DNA of 57,140 nucleotides from a virus (IMGVR_UViG_3300024054_000020:1-57140), one strand, 5' to 3'. Counted from the first letter of the stretch, positions 25,951-35,610 are shown. The notes: generated from the letters alone by a model not told the origin. Numbers and translations are program-made.

Positions 25951-26676
25951 ATGATGTATAACAACAAACTAGTAGCAACTATCAAAGTGGGCAACAAGGT
26001 ATTGAGAGAACAGGGAGATAAGGTGTTTATTCCCTGGAATTCTGAATACTCAATTTACCTAAAGAATCTGAATTCACAGAGAGCGTTAGTCCACGTCAGC
26101 ATAGATGGTGAGAACGTAACGTCGAATGGTTTGATTTTAGGCAATCACGAAAATTGTAATCTTGAGCGATTTATCAACGGAAACCTAAATAAAGGTCGAA
26201 AGTTCAAGTTCATTAAGCGAACCGAGGACATTGAATCCTTTAGAGGGGTGGGTGCCGAGGATGGTTTGGTAACTATCAAATATTCGTTTGAGAGATTGCA
26301 GGCAACATACATTCCGCCATATAAATGGCACAATCAGAGTCCGTATGATCCATGGCGTGGTCCTAATTGGTATGGAGAGACTCTATGCAACTCAACATTA
26401 GCAACCAATTCTGTTACAACCAGGTCAGTAAAAGGATTTGCAGACCCCGGAATAACAGTCAAAGGGTCCGAATCACGTCAAAAGTTTTCGGAAGGTAGCA
26501 TCGGTGAACTTGAGTGTTTAGAGTACGTTATAGTTCTGCAATTGGTTGGTATCAATGATACTAAACCAATCACAGTTAATCGGAAAAAGCTATGTCCTTC
26601 CTGTGGTAGAACTTATAAGTTTCGGGATGAATATTGTACCAAAGATGGAACATTTCTTGAACTAAGTCCTCGCTAA
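25951..26676 (+). CDS. conserved large-phage hypothetical protein with C-terminal zinc ribbon
   Basis: AGGAGG RBS; CPSCG...YC. Confidence 0.75.
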   Translation: MMYNNKLVATIKVGNKVLREQGDKVFIPWNSEYSIYLKNLNSQRALVHVSIDGENVTSNGLILGNHENCNLERFINGNLNKGRKFKFIKRTEDIESFRGVGAEDGLVTIKYSFERLQATYIPPYKWHNQSPYDPWRGPNWYGETLCNSTLATNSVTTRSVKGFADPGITVKGSESRQKFSEGSIGELECLEYVIVLQLVGINDTKPITVNRKKLCPSCGRTYKFRDEYCTKDGTFLELSPR

Positions 26677-26737
26677 TGGAGTAGCAGCAGGTTTCCTAAA
26701 CCAGCTTGTGGTGGTTCGATTCCGCCCGAGGACTCCA
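26666..26737 (+). tRNA. tRNA-Arg(CCT), reduced D-arm/connector
   Basis: Loop TTCCTAA; GTCCTCG/CGAGGAC; TCCA. Confidence 0.7.
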
Positions 26738-26871
26738 AATATTCGCCCAGGTTAATGGTCAAAATTCTGCCGGCAAACACACAATAACATACTAGCATGG
26801 TGAAGTCCAGGCGCACAATTTTCTATTTTGTGCGGGTATGTGGCGATATTAAATTAAATATGAGGGATAAA

Positions 26872-27231
26872 ATGACAAAATTAATTGCAATCATTCGCGG
26901 AAGAGAACTTCATGACTATGAAAGTTACAGTATGATTATCGAATCTATTACTGATTGGTCTGAAGTATCGGATGAAGATTATCAAATATTGAAACAACAC
27001 CAATATAATGGAGGAGATTTTACTATAATTGAGCGAATAGATTCTGAGGAATTCATTTCCAAAACCGTCGAAGACTATCTCAAGAAGGCAAGGAAATTAG
27101 AAGCGGCAAGGCTCAAAAAGATTAAGGAAAAAGAAAAAAATAAATTGCAGAAAGAGTTAAATAAAAAAGCCAGTACGGAGAAGGCTGAAAGACAACTGCT
27201 AGCTGAACTCACCGCAAAATATGCCTCTTAA
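26872..27231 (+). CDS. hypothetical coiled-coil protein
   Basis: ORF with GAGG RBS. Confidence 0.65.
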   Translation: MTKLIAIIRGRELHDYESYSMIIESITDWSEVSDEDYQILKQHQYNGGDFTIIERIDSEEFISKTVEDYLKKARKLEAARLKKIKEKEKNKLQKELNKKASTEKAERQLLAELTAKYAS

Positions 27232-27297
27232 GTATTGATAGTGATACGATGCCCTCGTAAAGCATAGAACCTGATGCAATTTCAGGAAGAGGCACCA
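27223..27297 (+). tRNA. tRNA-Thr(CGT)
   Basis: Loop CTCGTAA; T-loop TGCAATT; CCA. Confidence 0.72.
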
Positions 27298-27300
27298 TAC

Positions 27301-27378
27301 GCGAATGTGACGGGAATTGGTATACCTGTTTGAATGAGAGTCAAACGCCTGTCGGTTCGAGTCCGATCATTCGCACCA
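27301..27378 (+). tRNA. tRNA-Leu(GAG), short variable arm
   Basis: TTTGA-ATGAGAG-TCAAA; CCA. Confidence 0.75.
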
Positions 27379-27388
27379 AACACTATTA

Positions 27389-27440
27389 AATCAATAAGTT
27401 ACATGAAGTTCAACAAAAATATTGCAGTTCATGTAATAAT
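27389..27440 (+). promoter_or_regulatory. early promoter with upstream IHF-like box
   Basis: AATCAA-TAAG-TTA ~45 nt upstream of TGTAATAAT. Confidence 0.5.
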
Positions 27441-27468
27441 GAATCCATTGATTTAATGGAGTGTAATC

Positions 27469-27648
27469 ATGGCACGTTATAGTGAAGTTAGGGTGTTTAC
27501 CTGCAAGTTGCTTGATGCAATCAAAGACGGTCTTCTGACCAATGAACAAGTGGTCGAAATGTGTCTGAACTATATGTCAGAGGATGAAGTGGCGGATATG
27601 TGCCACGCGAACGATCTGTTTACCGAGGATGCCGAGGATGACTGCTAA
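27469..27648 (+). CDS. small acidic hypothetical protein (59 aa)
   Basis: GGAG RBS; MARYSEVRVFTCKLLD...CLNYMSEDEVADM. Confidence 0.65.
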   Translation: MARYSEVRVFTCKLLDAIKDGLLTNEQVVEMCLNYMSEDEVADMCHANDLFTEDAEDDC

Positions 27649-27814
27649 AATCTACGACTTCATCTCAGAGCGGGTTAAGCGGGTAAAACCAGCGGTGAAA
27701 TACCACAACCCTGCATTGATTCAGCCCAAACACATTTCGGAGTTTTTGAAGGACCTCGAGCTTCTGAAAGCAGAGTCACTGGAGTTTAAGGAATATGGAG
27801 AACACTTCAAATAA
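27638..27814 (+). CDS. hypothetical protein
   Basis: GAGG before ATG 27638. Confidence 0.5.
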   Translation: MTAKIYDFISERVKRVKPAVKYHNPALIQPKHISEFLKDLELLKAESLEFKEYGEHFK

Positions 27815-28262
27815 AGTATTTTTGGACCTCGAAGAAACAGTGATCACCTCGTTCGACGAGGGACTTCTGTGCAACCTTGATTTGGTCAAACGATTTTTGA
27901 CTAAACACAATACCTCTAAGGTTTCTATTTTTTCATTTGCTATCTGGAACTCAAAGGATCGTGAGGAGTTTCACCGAGGCATTCGACGAAACATTGAACG
28001 GGGCCTAGGAGTTGAGGTTATCAGTGTCCCCACTGTCGAGGAAATAGCTGCATCAATCAAGCGTGGGAATAAAACGCACTTTAGCATTCACGATATTATC
28101 TCTATTTGGGGAAAACACCGTGCATTCTTTGATTGGTGCAAATTTGAGGAAGTTGATGATTGCATCCTCCTCGACGATGTAGTCCCAAACCTTATTTTGC
28201 ATGACATTGACAAAGGGCAACGCTTGCAAACAATTAACATAAAAGCATTCAAGAATCAATGA
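27795..28262 (+). CDS. HAD-like hypothetical protein
   Basis: VFLDLEETV...ILLDD. Confidence 0.55.
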   Translation: MENTSNKVFLDLEETVITSFDEGLLCNLDLVKRFLTKHNTSKVSIFSFAIWNSKDREEFHRGIRRNIERGLGVEVISVPTVEEIAASIKRGNKTHFSIHDIISIWGKHRAFFDWCKFEEVDDCILLDDVVPNLILHDIDKGQRLQTINIKAFKNQ

Positions 28263-28483
28263 GTTAAACAAAATCACCAATTAAATTCGTGGTTGTGCTA
28301 ATATGTAACAAGCCGAGTCTAGGCGGTTAGTCCTAGAACTAGAGAGGTCTGGGAGCCGAGATAAAAACGGCGACGTGAATGAGCTAGGCGAACTGGCGTG
28401 ACTAGCAAGAAACCTCGATTCAGAGCGCAGTAGGGACCAATGTCCCGCCCTGCAGAGCTTGCAGGAGTTCTTTTAAAATTTGG

Positions 28484-29135
28484 GCCCGAATGGTGGAATA
28501 GGTAGTCACAACGGACTTACGACAAGTCGTTGAGCACCACCGAAAAATGCATTGGTAGTCATTAGATATATGGAAATCATGCTCCATCCACTCGACTTGA
28601 AATATAGAAGGTGGTTAAAAAATTCAGGTAATTCCTGATAATGGCGTAACAGTGCAATCGAAAGACGGTAAAACAATTCTGGACAAGAGTTATCTGTATC
28701 GACGTTAGTCCAAAAGCGCATTGAATGTAGGAGAGAGACCTGCATGTCTTTGGAACAGAATTGGGTGAATCTTCCCAAAGTCGGCGAACGCTTCGTTTGG
28801 TACTAAAGTTAAATTGAACAGGCAGGACTAGCTTGATAGTACGTTCGAGCGCTGTTAGCCAAATATGCCAACGCCGAGCCAAGCCTAGGTGACAACAGAG
28901 CTAATGAATTCATTAGAATGGATACTACTAGGAAGGTGTAGAGACTAGATGGGAAGGGGCTAAAGGTTTAGGTAACTGACCCACGCTCAAGGCATAGTCC
29001 AGACCACAAACAGGATACTCAAGTACAGGATACCCGCAAGGGCGACGGAAAGAGACTGGTAGCGAAAGCTATAGTGGTACGAAAATCCGTCGCTGGGAAA
29101 CTGGCATGCCGGTTCGAGTCCGGCTTCGGGTACCA
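28484..29135 (+). tRNA. tRNA-Leu(TAA) split by a group I intron (exons 28484-28518, 29082-29135)
   Basis: Splicing gives ACGGA-CTTAAAA-TCCGT; class II V-arm; ACCA. Confidence 0.88.
28519..29081 (+). mobile_element. group I intron (~563 nt) in anticodon
   Basis: Exon ends in U, intron ends in G; IGS ...TTGAG; Q-like CGCCGAGCCAAG, R GAGACTAGATGG, S AAGGCATAGTCC. Confidence 0.85.
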
Positions 29136-29208
29136 ATAAATCGAATAACAACAAATCAAATTTGACTTAAACGACCTGCATACATATGCAATGAAACTGG
29201 AGAAATAA

Positions 29209-29769
29209 GTGACTGCAATTTTAGCATTAGACCAATCAGGTATTCCTCGGCGATGGATTACAATCCAGAACGCTATTGAGTATCACGCAAAAGACTTGGT
29301 TGCTTGGTCATTGGGTGACATTGTTGCAACCTTCCGCGGTGGTAACCGCCGGGTTGATGGACTTCGATCGGAACTTTCGACACCATCAATTGTTGCGGTC
29401 AAAAACCACAGTGGTTCGATCATCAAAGAACGAAAAGTTTTACTGACCAACAAGACACTGTTTGCTCGTGACCAGAACCTGTGTGCATATTGCGGCAAAG
29501 TGTTCTCTGCAAACAACTTAAGCAGAGATCACGTTCACCCAGTTTCACGAGGTGGTTTGAACGTATGGACAAACGTTGTGACTGCGTGCAAGAGATGCAA
29601 CACGCACAAGTCTGACCGTATGCTAAACGAAACGAGCCTTGAGTTGCTATACGTGCCTTATGCTCCGAACCATGCGGAAGCATTGATTCTGCAAAACCGA
29701 AAAATTCTTGCAGATCAGATGGAGTTCTTGCTTCCATTGGTACCAAAACACTCAAGAGTTCTTCCGTAG
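29209..29769 (+). CDS. HNH endonuclease
   Basis: RDQNLCAYCG...RDHVHPVSRGG...NVVTACKRCN. Confidence 0.9.
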   Translation: MTAILALDQSGIPRRWITIQNAIEYHAKDLVAWSLGDIVATFRGGNRRVDGLRSELSTPSIVAVKNHSGSIIKERKVLLTNKTLFARDQNLCAYCGKVFSANNLSRDHVHPVSRGGLNVWTNVVTACKRCNTHKSDRMLNETSLELLYVPYAPNHAEALILQNRKILADQMEFLLPLVPKHSRVLP

Positions 29770-29820
29770 GTGAATCGAAAAGTGGGATGAAAATCCCACT
29801 TTCCTTTTTGAGGTATTTAA

Positions 29821-30687
29821 ATGTATAAATGGCGAATCAATTATTGGGGGAATTCAAAATTTGCTGATTGGCTTCGACGAGTTGGGGGTGTTCCATCTCA
29901 ACCTAAGGCAGCCACTTTAGAAGAGTGGAAGGAATATCGAACAGCAGCCAGAATGAAAAATAGGTTCGTATATTGGCTGTCCGACGATGGTTTGGACACT
30001 CTGCAGGATATTATCATGTTCCCAAGTGATGTTCTAAACGAATCTATTACGTATATCAGTAATCGTTTCATCGACAAAACCCACCTAATCAATACAGGCT
30101 TAGAGAAGGGTCGTTTTCACGAAACAGAAGATAAAATTCTTCATGGTGTGATGCAGGAGGTTGTTGACTTCGTTGAGATTCAGTGTGCATCAATGCAATT
30201 ATGGACTGACAAAAACAAAAATTACAAACGAACCAATTGGCTTCCAAAATTTGTTAGCCGTCTAATTCCATTCCGAAGTCAGCAATTAGGTGTAGATCAC
30301 CTCCTATGGGAAATTACCTTACGCAAAGATGATTCTTGGTTTGGTTACAACTATTGGACCGATTCTGAGGAAGAACTAAAACGTCGTGAAGAGGAAAAGA
30401 AAAATAACTCTGAATACATGAAACCCACACCACAGGCGGCAACTGCCATGCGCCTACTAGACGTGTATGTTTGGTGGAAATTTATCAGACCCATGAGATT
30501 GGATCCTATGGATCAATCGGGTTTAATGGATATGTTGGATAAAGACGTATCAATCCGTGAGCTTGGCGACAACGAAGATTACAGAGAAAAATCGAAATTG
30601 TGCGACGAATTGGAAAAAATGCAAGAAGATGAAGATACTTTCTATCTAAAAGAGGTAATCGAAATCAGAAAAGGGCTATGGACATGA
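29821..30687 (+). CDS. conserved phage hypothetical protein
   Basis: Long ORF, GAGG RBS. Confidence 0.75.
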   Translation: MYKWRINYWGNSKFADWLRRVGGVPSQPKAATLEEWKEYRTAARMKNRFVYWLSDDGLDTLQDIIMFPSDVLNESITYISNRFIDKTHLINTGLEKGRFHETEDKILHGVMQEVVDFVEIQCASMQLWTDKNKNYKRTNWLPKFVSRLIPFRSQQLGVDHLLWEITLRKDDSWFGYNYWTDSEEELKRREEEKKNNSEYMKPTPQAATAMRLLDVYVWWKFIRPMRLDPMDQSGLMDMLDKDVSIRELGDNEDYREKSKLCDELEKMQEDEDTFYLKEVIEIRKGLWT

Positions 30688-30905
30688 AGCAGTACACGAC
30701 TGTAGTTCTAAATAGCGACGTGGGTGTAATCGCTTTATTTAGAAATATACCAAAACCCAATGAAACTATTATCAGATTGAAATTCAAACCAAGAAAATGG
30801 GCTGCGTATGCTGGATTTGATCCAGACAGACACAGATTTGTAGTAGCAAGTTATGTTAGAGTTCCAAAACGAAGGATTAACAAAACAGGAGAAATTGTAT
30901 GTTAA
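30678..30905 (+). CDS. hypothetical protein
   Basis: Coupled ORF. Confidence 0.5.
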   Translation: MDMKQYTTVVLNSDVGVIALFRNIPKPNETIIRLKFKPRKWAAYAGFDPDRHRFVVASYVRVPKRRINKTGEIVC

Positions 30906-31348
30906 ATAGATTTTATGAATGGTTATTACCGAAGAAATCTGGTCTTGAAGTTTTTGCAGAACGTGAATTGGATTTAATAAATATGACTGCAAATTCTAAA
31001 GATAAAATGACTAGAGAACTTAGACATAGCATTTTATCTATGATTAGAGTTTTTTCTAACGCTGGACATTCCGGATCTTCTGCAGCTATTACTAATGCAA
31101 TTGTTCATCGACTACTTAAATTTGAACCATTAACTCCTCTAACTGGTCATGATAACGAATGGATGCAAGTAACTGACCACCTATGGCAAAATACCCGATG
31201 CAGTCGAGTATTTAAAGACGAAAACAATGCATGGGACATTGATGGACGAGTTTTCATGGGTGATGGTTGTCAATATACAAACGCAGATAGCAAAGTTGTA
31301 GTTGAATTTCCATATATCCCAAAAACAGAATACGTGGATGTTGAGTAG
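30899..31348 (+). CDS. conserved phage hypothetical protein
   Basis: GHSGSSA...PLTPLTG...WQNTRCSRVFK motif. Confidence 0.75.
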   Translation: MLNRFYEWLLPKKSGLEVFAERELDLINMTANSKDKMTRELRHSILSMIRVFSNAGHSGSSAAITNAIVHRLLKFEPLTPLTGHDNEWMQVTDHLWQNTRCSRVFKDENNAWDIDGRVFMGDGCQYTNADSKVVVEFPYIPKTEYVDVE

Positions 31349-31462
31349 TTTTTAATCAAACAAAACAAGATGTTACATAATTTTGATGTAATTTAATCGT
31401 TTTTCTGTATAATTGAAAATGTAGTAAATAAACATTATCAATTTTTGAAGGAGTTTTACAAC

Positions 31463-31858
31463 ATGAAACCGAAAGTCAAATCCGCGATCCTCACCGAGAT
31501 GGCGGCCCTGCGTGAGCAACTGAAAAAATTCAAAGTCGAAACCACTGCGGAACTGAAGCGCCTGGCTGGTCTCCGTAAGGCCGAACTCGAATCCCGCAAG
31601 GCTTCTGCTGTAATCAATGTCGAGGCCCGCAAAGCGAAACTCGAGGAACGTGCCAAAAAGCGCGCCGAAGCTGAAAAAGTTCGCGCCGAAAAACGTGCTG
31701 CCACCATCAAGAAACTCGAGGCGCGCCTGGCTGCCGAACGTGCAAAGGCTGTGGTGGTCGGTGTGAAGGCGAAACGCGCTGCTAAGCGTCCCTCGAAGCC
31801 GATCGTCACCGACGGTGCGGGCAACGTTAAAGTCGCCCCCAAGAAAGGCAAGAAGTAA
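31463..31858 (+). CDS. Lys/Ala/Arg-rich basic (histone H1-like) protein
   Basis: AAGGAG RBS; GC-richer codon usage; follows TGTATAAT promoter. Confidence 0.7.
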   Translation: MKPKVKSAILTEMAALREQLKKFKVETTAELKRLAGLRKAELESRKASAVINVEARKAKLEERAKKRAEAEKVRAEKRAATIKKLEARLAAERAKAVVVGVKAKRAAKRPSKPIVTDGAGNVKVAPKKGKK

Positions 31859-32065
31859 TTCTTGGGGGTTGTTTAGGTCAACCTTAAGATAAATAGTTTA
31901 GGCCGAGGAGGTCCTCTACACCGATGCAACACTAAATATTTTATAGATACCTTAATTTGATTGAAAGTAGTGAACTCCTGGGCCCTAAAAATACCCAGGA
32001 GTTTTGATTAAGACATTTCATGCAGAGATGCTTTAATCAAAACATAACACAGGGAGTAAATTCAA

Positions 32066-32371
32066 GTGTGGCTTTTGGTCGATGATATTCGTGATAGCAT
32101 GGGTTGTGACATTGTTGCTCGTAATTATTCCGTAGCAATTAAAATAATGAAATACATGCACAAAGAAATCGTCGGAATTTGCCTCGATCACGACCTAGGT
32201 GGAGATAAAACTGGTTACGATTTTCTTGTTTGGTTACTGGAAGATCTGCAGTGCTTTCCACAAGTTCGATTAGTTACGTCCAACCCGGTAGGGCGGGCTA
32301 ACATGCAGGCCGCCCTAAAACAGAATGGTTATAATTCTGGTGATGGATTTAATTGGATAAAACATGAATAA
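32066..32371 (+). CDS. cyclic-phosphate-processing receiver-domain protein
   Basis: LLVDDIR...LDHDLG...TGYD...TSNPVG. Confidence 0.7.
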   Translation: MWLLVDDIRDSMGCDIVARNYSVAIKIMKYMHKEIVGICLDHDLGGDKTGYDFLVWLLEDLQCFPQVRLVTSNPVGRANMQAALKQNGYNSGDGFNWIKHE

Positions 32372-32813
32372 AAGACCCACACTTTACATTTTTCGTGGCA
32401 TTCCGGGAACTGGTAAATCCACGAAGGCAAAAGAATTGGCACACAAGCTGAATATTTTGCACGTTGAGGCGGACATGTACTTTTCCAGAAACGGACAGTA
32501 TCAGTTCGACCATACCAAATTGAATGCTGCCCACTCGTGGTGCCTAAATGCAACCAAGCGAGAATTGAAAAAAGGACATTCGGTTGTTGTTTCCAATACG
32601 TTCACTAAATATTGGGAACTGGAAAACTACCTTGTTTCAGCGTTTGAGTTAAACGCTAAAGTTATTGTCGTTCAATGCAGAACAGAATATGGGAACATTC
32701 ATGGAGTATCCGACCTGAAAATGGCGATCATGCGCAACAGGTTCGAGGATAATTCTGATTTGGAAAAAATGACTGGGTCATCGGAAGATTTGAAATATGA
32801 ATACCTCAATTAA
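32364..32813 (+). CDS. P-loop polynucleotide kinase-like (AAA_33)
   Basis: RGIPGTGKST, VVSNTF, NIHGV. Confidence 0.8.
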   Translation: MNKRPTLYIFRGIPGTGKSTKAKELAHKLNILHVEADMYFSRNGQYQFDHTKLNAAHSWCLNATKRELKKGHSVVVSNTFTKYWELENYLVSAFELNAKVIVVQCRTEYGNIHGVSDLKMAIMRNRFEDNSDLEKMTGSSEDLKYEYLN

Positions 32814-33684
32814 AGATTACGTACTGAAAAACCCTAAAAAGGTTTCAATGAAGGAGTCGACATCCTATCCGGGATTGTTCGTTCTGAAATATACTCGTAA
32901 GGTGTTCTACGATTCATTGTGGGACGAGTATCTAATGAACATGCGGGGTCTGGTGGTTGATGCAGACTTTAATATTGTCGTACGCCCATTCACGAAAATT
33001 TTCAACCGTGGAGAAAATGGAACTGATATTCCTCGAGATTCTATGGTTACTACAGTTCGAAAAGTAAATGGGTTCATGGGTGCGGTTACCAGAACTGAAA
33101 AACATGGAGTAATTTATTCCACTACAGGATCCTTGGACTCGGAATACGCTAAACTAGTACAAAAACATCTGGGGCATATTAACCCACTGATGTTTTCGTT
33201 GGGGTTAACTTATCTGTTTGAAATATGTGACGAATCAGATCCTCACATTGTTCCTGAGGAAGTAGGTGCATACCTGTTGGAAGTTCAACTGGTTGACTGG
33301 GAGGATAAACGACCGTTTTCGCAATCATACCTTGATGAAATTGCATATAACTTTGGAGTTCGACGACCAGAACATAAAATCGGTGTTTTTGGTCACATAG
33401 TTGAGGAACTAAAAGAATGCCATCACGAAGGATTTGTGGTGCATCAATTGGAGGAACCATATACTGTCCTCAAAATGAAGTCGCCATATTATTTGATGAA
33501 GAAATTTGTGGCAAGGATGAAGTCGGAGAACCTGGATAAAATGTTGGATACTGGATCATGGAAGGAAAAAGTGGACGAAGAATACTACCCACTATTCGAA
33601 TACTTGACAGTAAATAGGAATATTGTTACAATGAATGAGCAAGATCGTTTAATAATGATTAGGAATTTTTTGGAAACACATTAA
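32797..33684 (+). CDS. RNA ligase, T4 Rnl1-like
   Basis: RGLV...PFTKIFN, KVNG motif I, FE, EGFVV, KMKS. Confidence 0.8.
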   Translation: MNTSIKDYVLKNPKKVSMKESTSYPGLFVLKYTRKVFYDSLWDEYLMNMRGLVVDADFNIVVRPFTKIFNRGENGTDIPRDSMVTTVRKVNGFMGAVTRTEKHGVIYSTTGSLDSEYAKLVQKHLGHINPLMFSLGLTYLFEICDESDPHIVPEEVGAYLLEVQLVDWEDKRPFSQSYLDEIAYNFGVRRPEHKIGVFGHIVEELKECHHEGFVVHQLEEPYTVLKMKSPYYLMKKFVARMKSENLDKMLDTGSWKEKVDEEYYPLFEYLTVNRNIVTMNEQDRLIMIRNFLETH

Positions 33685-33685
33685 A

Positions 33686-34258
33686 ATGCAACGCAAACCA
33701 CTCTTCATTTCGGATACACATTTCTGGCATAAAAATATCCAGAAGTTTTGCCCAACCACACGTCCGGGCACAGACTACAAAGAAATGACTGAAACCATGA
33801 TTTACAATTGGAACTCAATGGTTCAGCCTCAGGACACTGTTTTTCACTTGGGTGACTTTTCATTCGGTTCGTATGACGAAACCAAAAACGTCCTGGATAG
33901 ACTGAATGGTCATATTCATTTGATTAAAGGTAACCACGATCAGGTTGTACTCCGTTCGGATCTGAAAGCTAGATTCGAATCAGTTCGTGATTACTTCAGA
34001 ACTACAGTTGAAGGAATTGATGTTGTCATGTTCCACTATCCTATCAAGGAGTGGGATAAAATGCATCGAGGTTCATACCATCTTTATGGTCACGTCCATG
34101 GTAAGGACATGGAATTGAACGATCGCCGAGCAATGGACGTTGGCATTGATGCTAGACCACTGGGTGATCTGTTGCTATGGACGTGGGACGAAATCCATGC
34201 AATTCTGAAAGATCGTCCAATTATGACTCACCATGATCCAATTAGGGAGGCGTTATGA
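33686..34258 (+). CDS. calcineurin-like phosphoesterase
   Basis: SDTHF, LGDF, GNHD, GHVH. Confidence 0.88.
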   Translation: MQRKPLFISDTHFWHKNIQKFCPTTRPGTDYKEMTETMIYNWNSMVQPQDTVFHLGDFSFGSYDETKNVLDRLNGHIHLIKGNHDQVVLRSDLKARFESVRDYFRTTVEGIDVVMFHYPIKEWDKMHRGSYHLYGHVHGKDMELNDRRAMDVGIDARPLGDLLLWTWDEIHAILKDRPIMTHHDPIREAL

Positions 34259-34340
34259 ATATCATTGTTGCACTAGTTCGTCTTGTGGTTCTGTTCATTG
34301 CAATGACTGGAATTCTAACTTTTGCCGTGTTACTCATTAC

Positions 34341-35072
34341 ATGAGCCTTGGCATTAGAAAAATACAATTGAGTGGTAATAGTAGCGGTCGTGACTTCATC
34401 ATTGGTGATTTACACGGCTGCTACGATCTTCTGCAAGAAAAATTAAATCAAGTCAAATTTAACCACAAGATCGACAGACTCTTCTGTGTGGGTGATCTGA
34501 TTGACCGAGGTCCTGATTCTGCAAAATGTGCTGAGTTGTTGTATGAACCATGGTTTTTCTCCACAATGGGGAACCATGAATTGATGTTTCTAACGTACAT
34601 GAATAGATTGGATTCAGAATATCAAGTGTACGATAAACTTATGTTCATGCAAAACGATGGTCATTGGGTCCATCAAGTCGCCAACTCAATGCTGGAAGAT
34701 TATGCAGACAAGATTATGGATTTACCCGCAATCATTGAAACACCAGATTTCATCGTGACGCATTCAGAATTAACGAATGATGCATATTGTTTAGATAACT
34801 TCGTGTGGAATCGAAACCTACGAAATAGAATTTATAACTCTGAGGTAATTACTGTATTCAATAACATTGAGGTCAATCGTGGATACAATTTAGATAAAAA
34901 AATCGTATATGTTGGTCATAACCTTTTACCAAAAGCACAGTTGATTGATAATCACTTGATGATTGATACAGGTGCATTTGCTAAAGGTGAAAAAACATAC
35001 GATCTAACAATCATCGAACATAAATCTTTTAAGGAAGGGTTGGAAAAATGTCTAAGCGAACTAACATTCTAA
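34341..35072 (+). CDS. Ser/Thr protein phosphatase-type metallophosphoesterase (NinI/PrpA-like)
   Basis: GDLHG, GDLIDRG, GNHE, IDTG. Confidence 0.88.
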   Translation: MSLGIRKIQLSGNSSGRDFIIGDLHGCYDLLQEKLNQVKFNHKIDRLFCVGDLIDRGPDSAKCAELLYEPWFFSTMGNHELMFLTYMNRLDSEYQVYDKLMFMQNDGHWVHQVANSMLEDYADKIMDLPAIIETPDFIVTHSELTNDAYCLDNFVWNRNLRNRIYNSEVITVFNNIEVNRGYNLDKKIVYVGHNLLPKAQLIDNHLMIDTGAFAKGEKTYDLTIIEHKSFKEGLEKCLSELTF

Positions 35073-35515
35073 TTGCAGTTCTTGCTACATCATTGATGGC
35101 GTGCTCAAACAATATGCACAAACCTAATACGTATGACGAACGGGATCTGGGATCGAAGTCACACGTAGCAATCGCCAAAGTTGAATCTGTCCGAAAGGTT
35201 GAAATTACTGGTGATTCCTCCGGAATTGGAAAGGGTGTCGGGTTGCTTTTGGGTGGAGCATTGGGTTACAACATGATCGGAAATGGTAGCGGTAAAACCT
35301 ATGGTGCTCTTCTCGGTGCCCTGTTAGGTGTCGCTGCTGCATTCAATGCAGAATCCAATTTCAATAGTAGGCAGGGACTTGAGTTAATCCTGATTGATAA
35401 CTATAAGCAACGGTATGTAATCGTTCAAGATGATGATGGTACGGTTTTCAATATTGGTGATTCTGTCAATATCATTCATTCTGGTGGTAAAACTAGAGCG
35501 GTTAAACGAGTTTAA
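35048..35515 (+). CDS. glycine-zipper outer-membrane lipoprotein (SlyB-like)
   Basis: Lipobox LMAC; GxxxG zipper. Confidence 0.75.
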   Translation: MSKRTNILIAVLATSLMACSNNMHKPNTYDERDLGSKSHVAIAKVESVRKVEITGDSSGIGKGVGLLLGGALGYNMIGNGSGKTYGALLGALLGVAAAFNAESNFNSRQGLELILIDNYKQRYVIVQDDDGTVFNIGDSVNIIHSGGKTRAVKRV

Positions 35516-35559
35516 ATTATCATGCCAGCTGATACAAAAGCCTTGGTTAATGTCAAATA

Positions 35560-35610
35560 AATCAATAGGTTAAACAAAAATACCAACATTTATTCTAGAT
35601 ACTGTATAAT
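35560..35610 (+). promoter_or_regulatory. early promoter with upstream IHF-like box
   Basis: AATCAA-TAGG-TTA begins 45 nt before TATAAT. Confidence 0.55.

Noticed and set aside
28506-28882. Intron-encoded endonuclease ORFs (minus-strand 90 and 101 aa)
   Set aside because: Antisense to the intron, with no nuclease motifs
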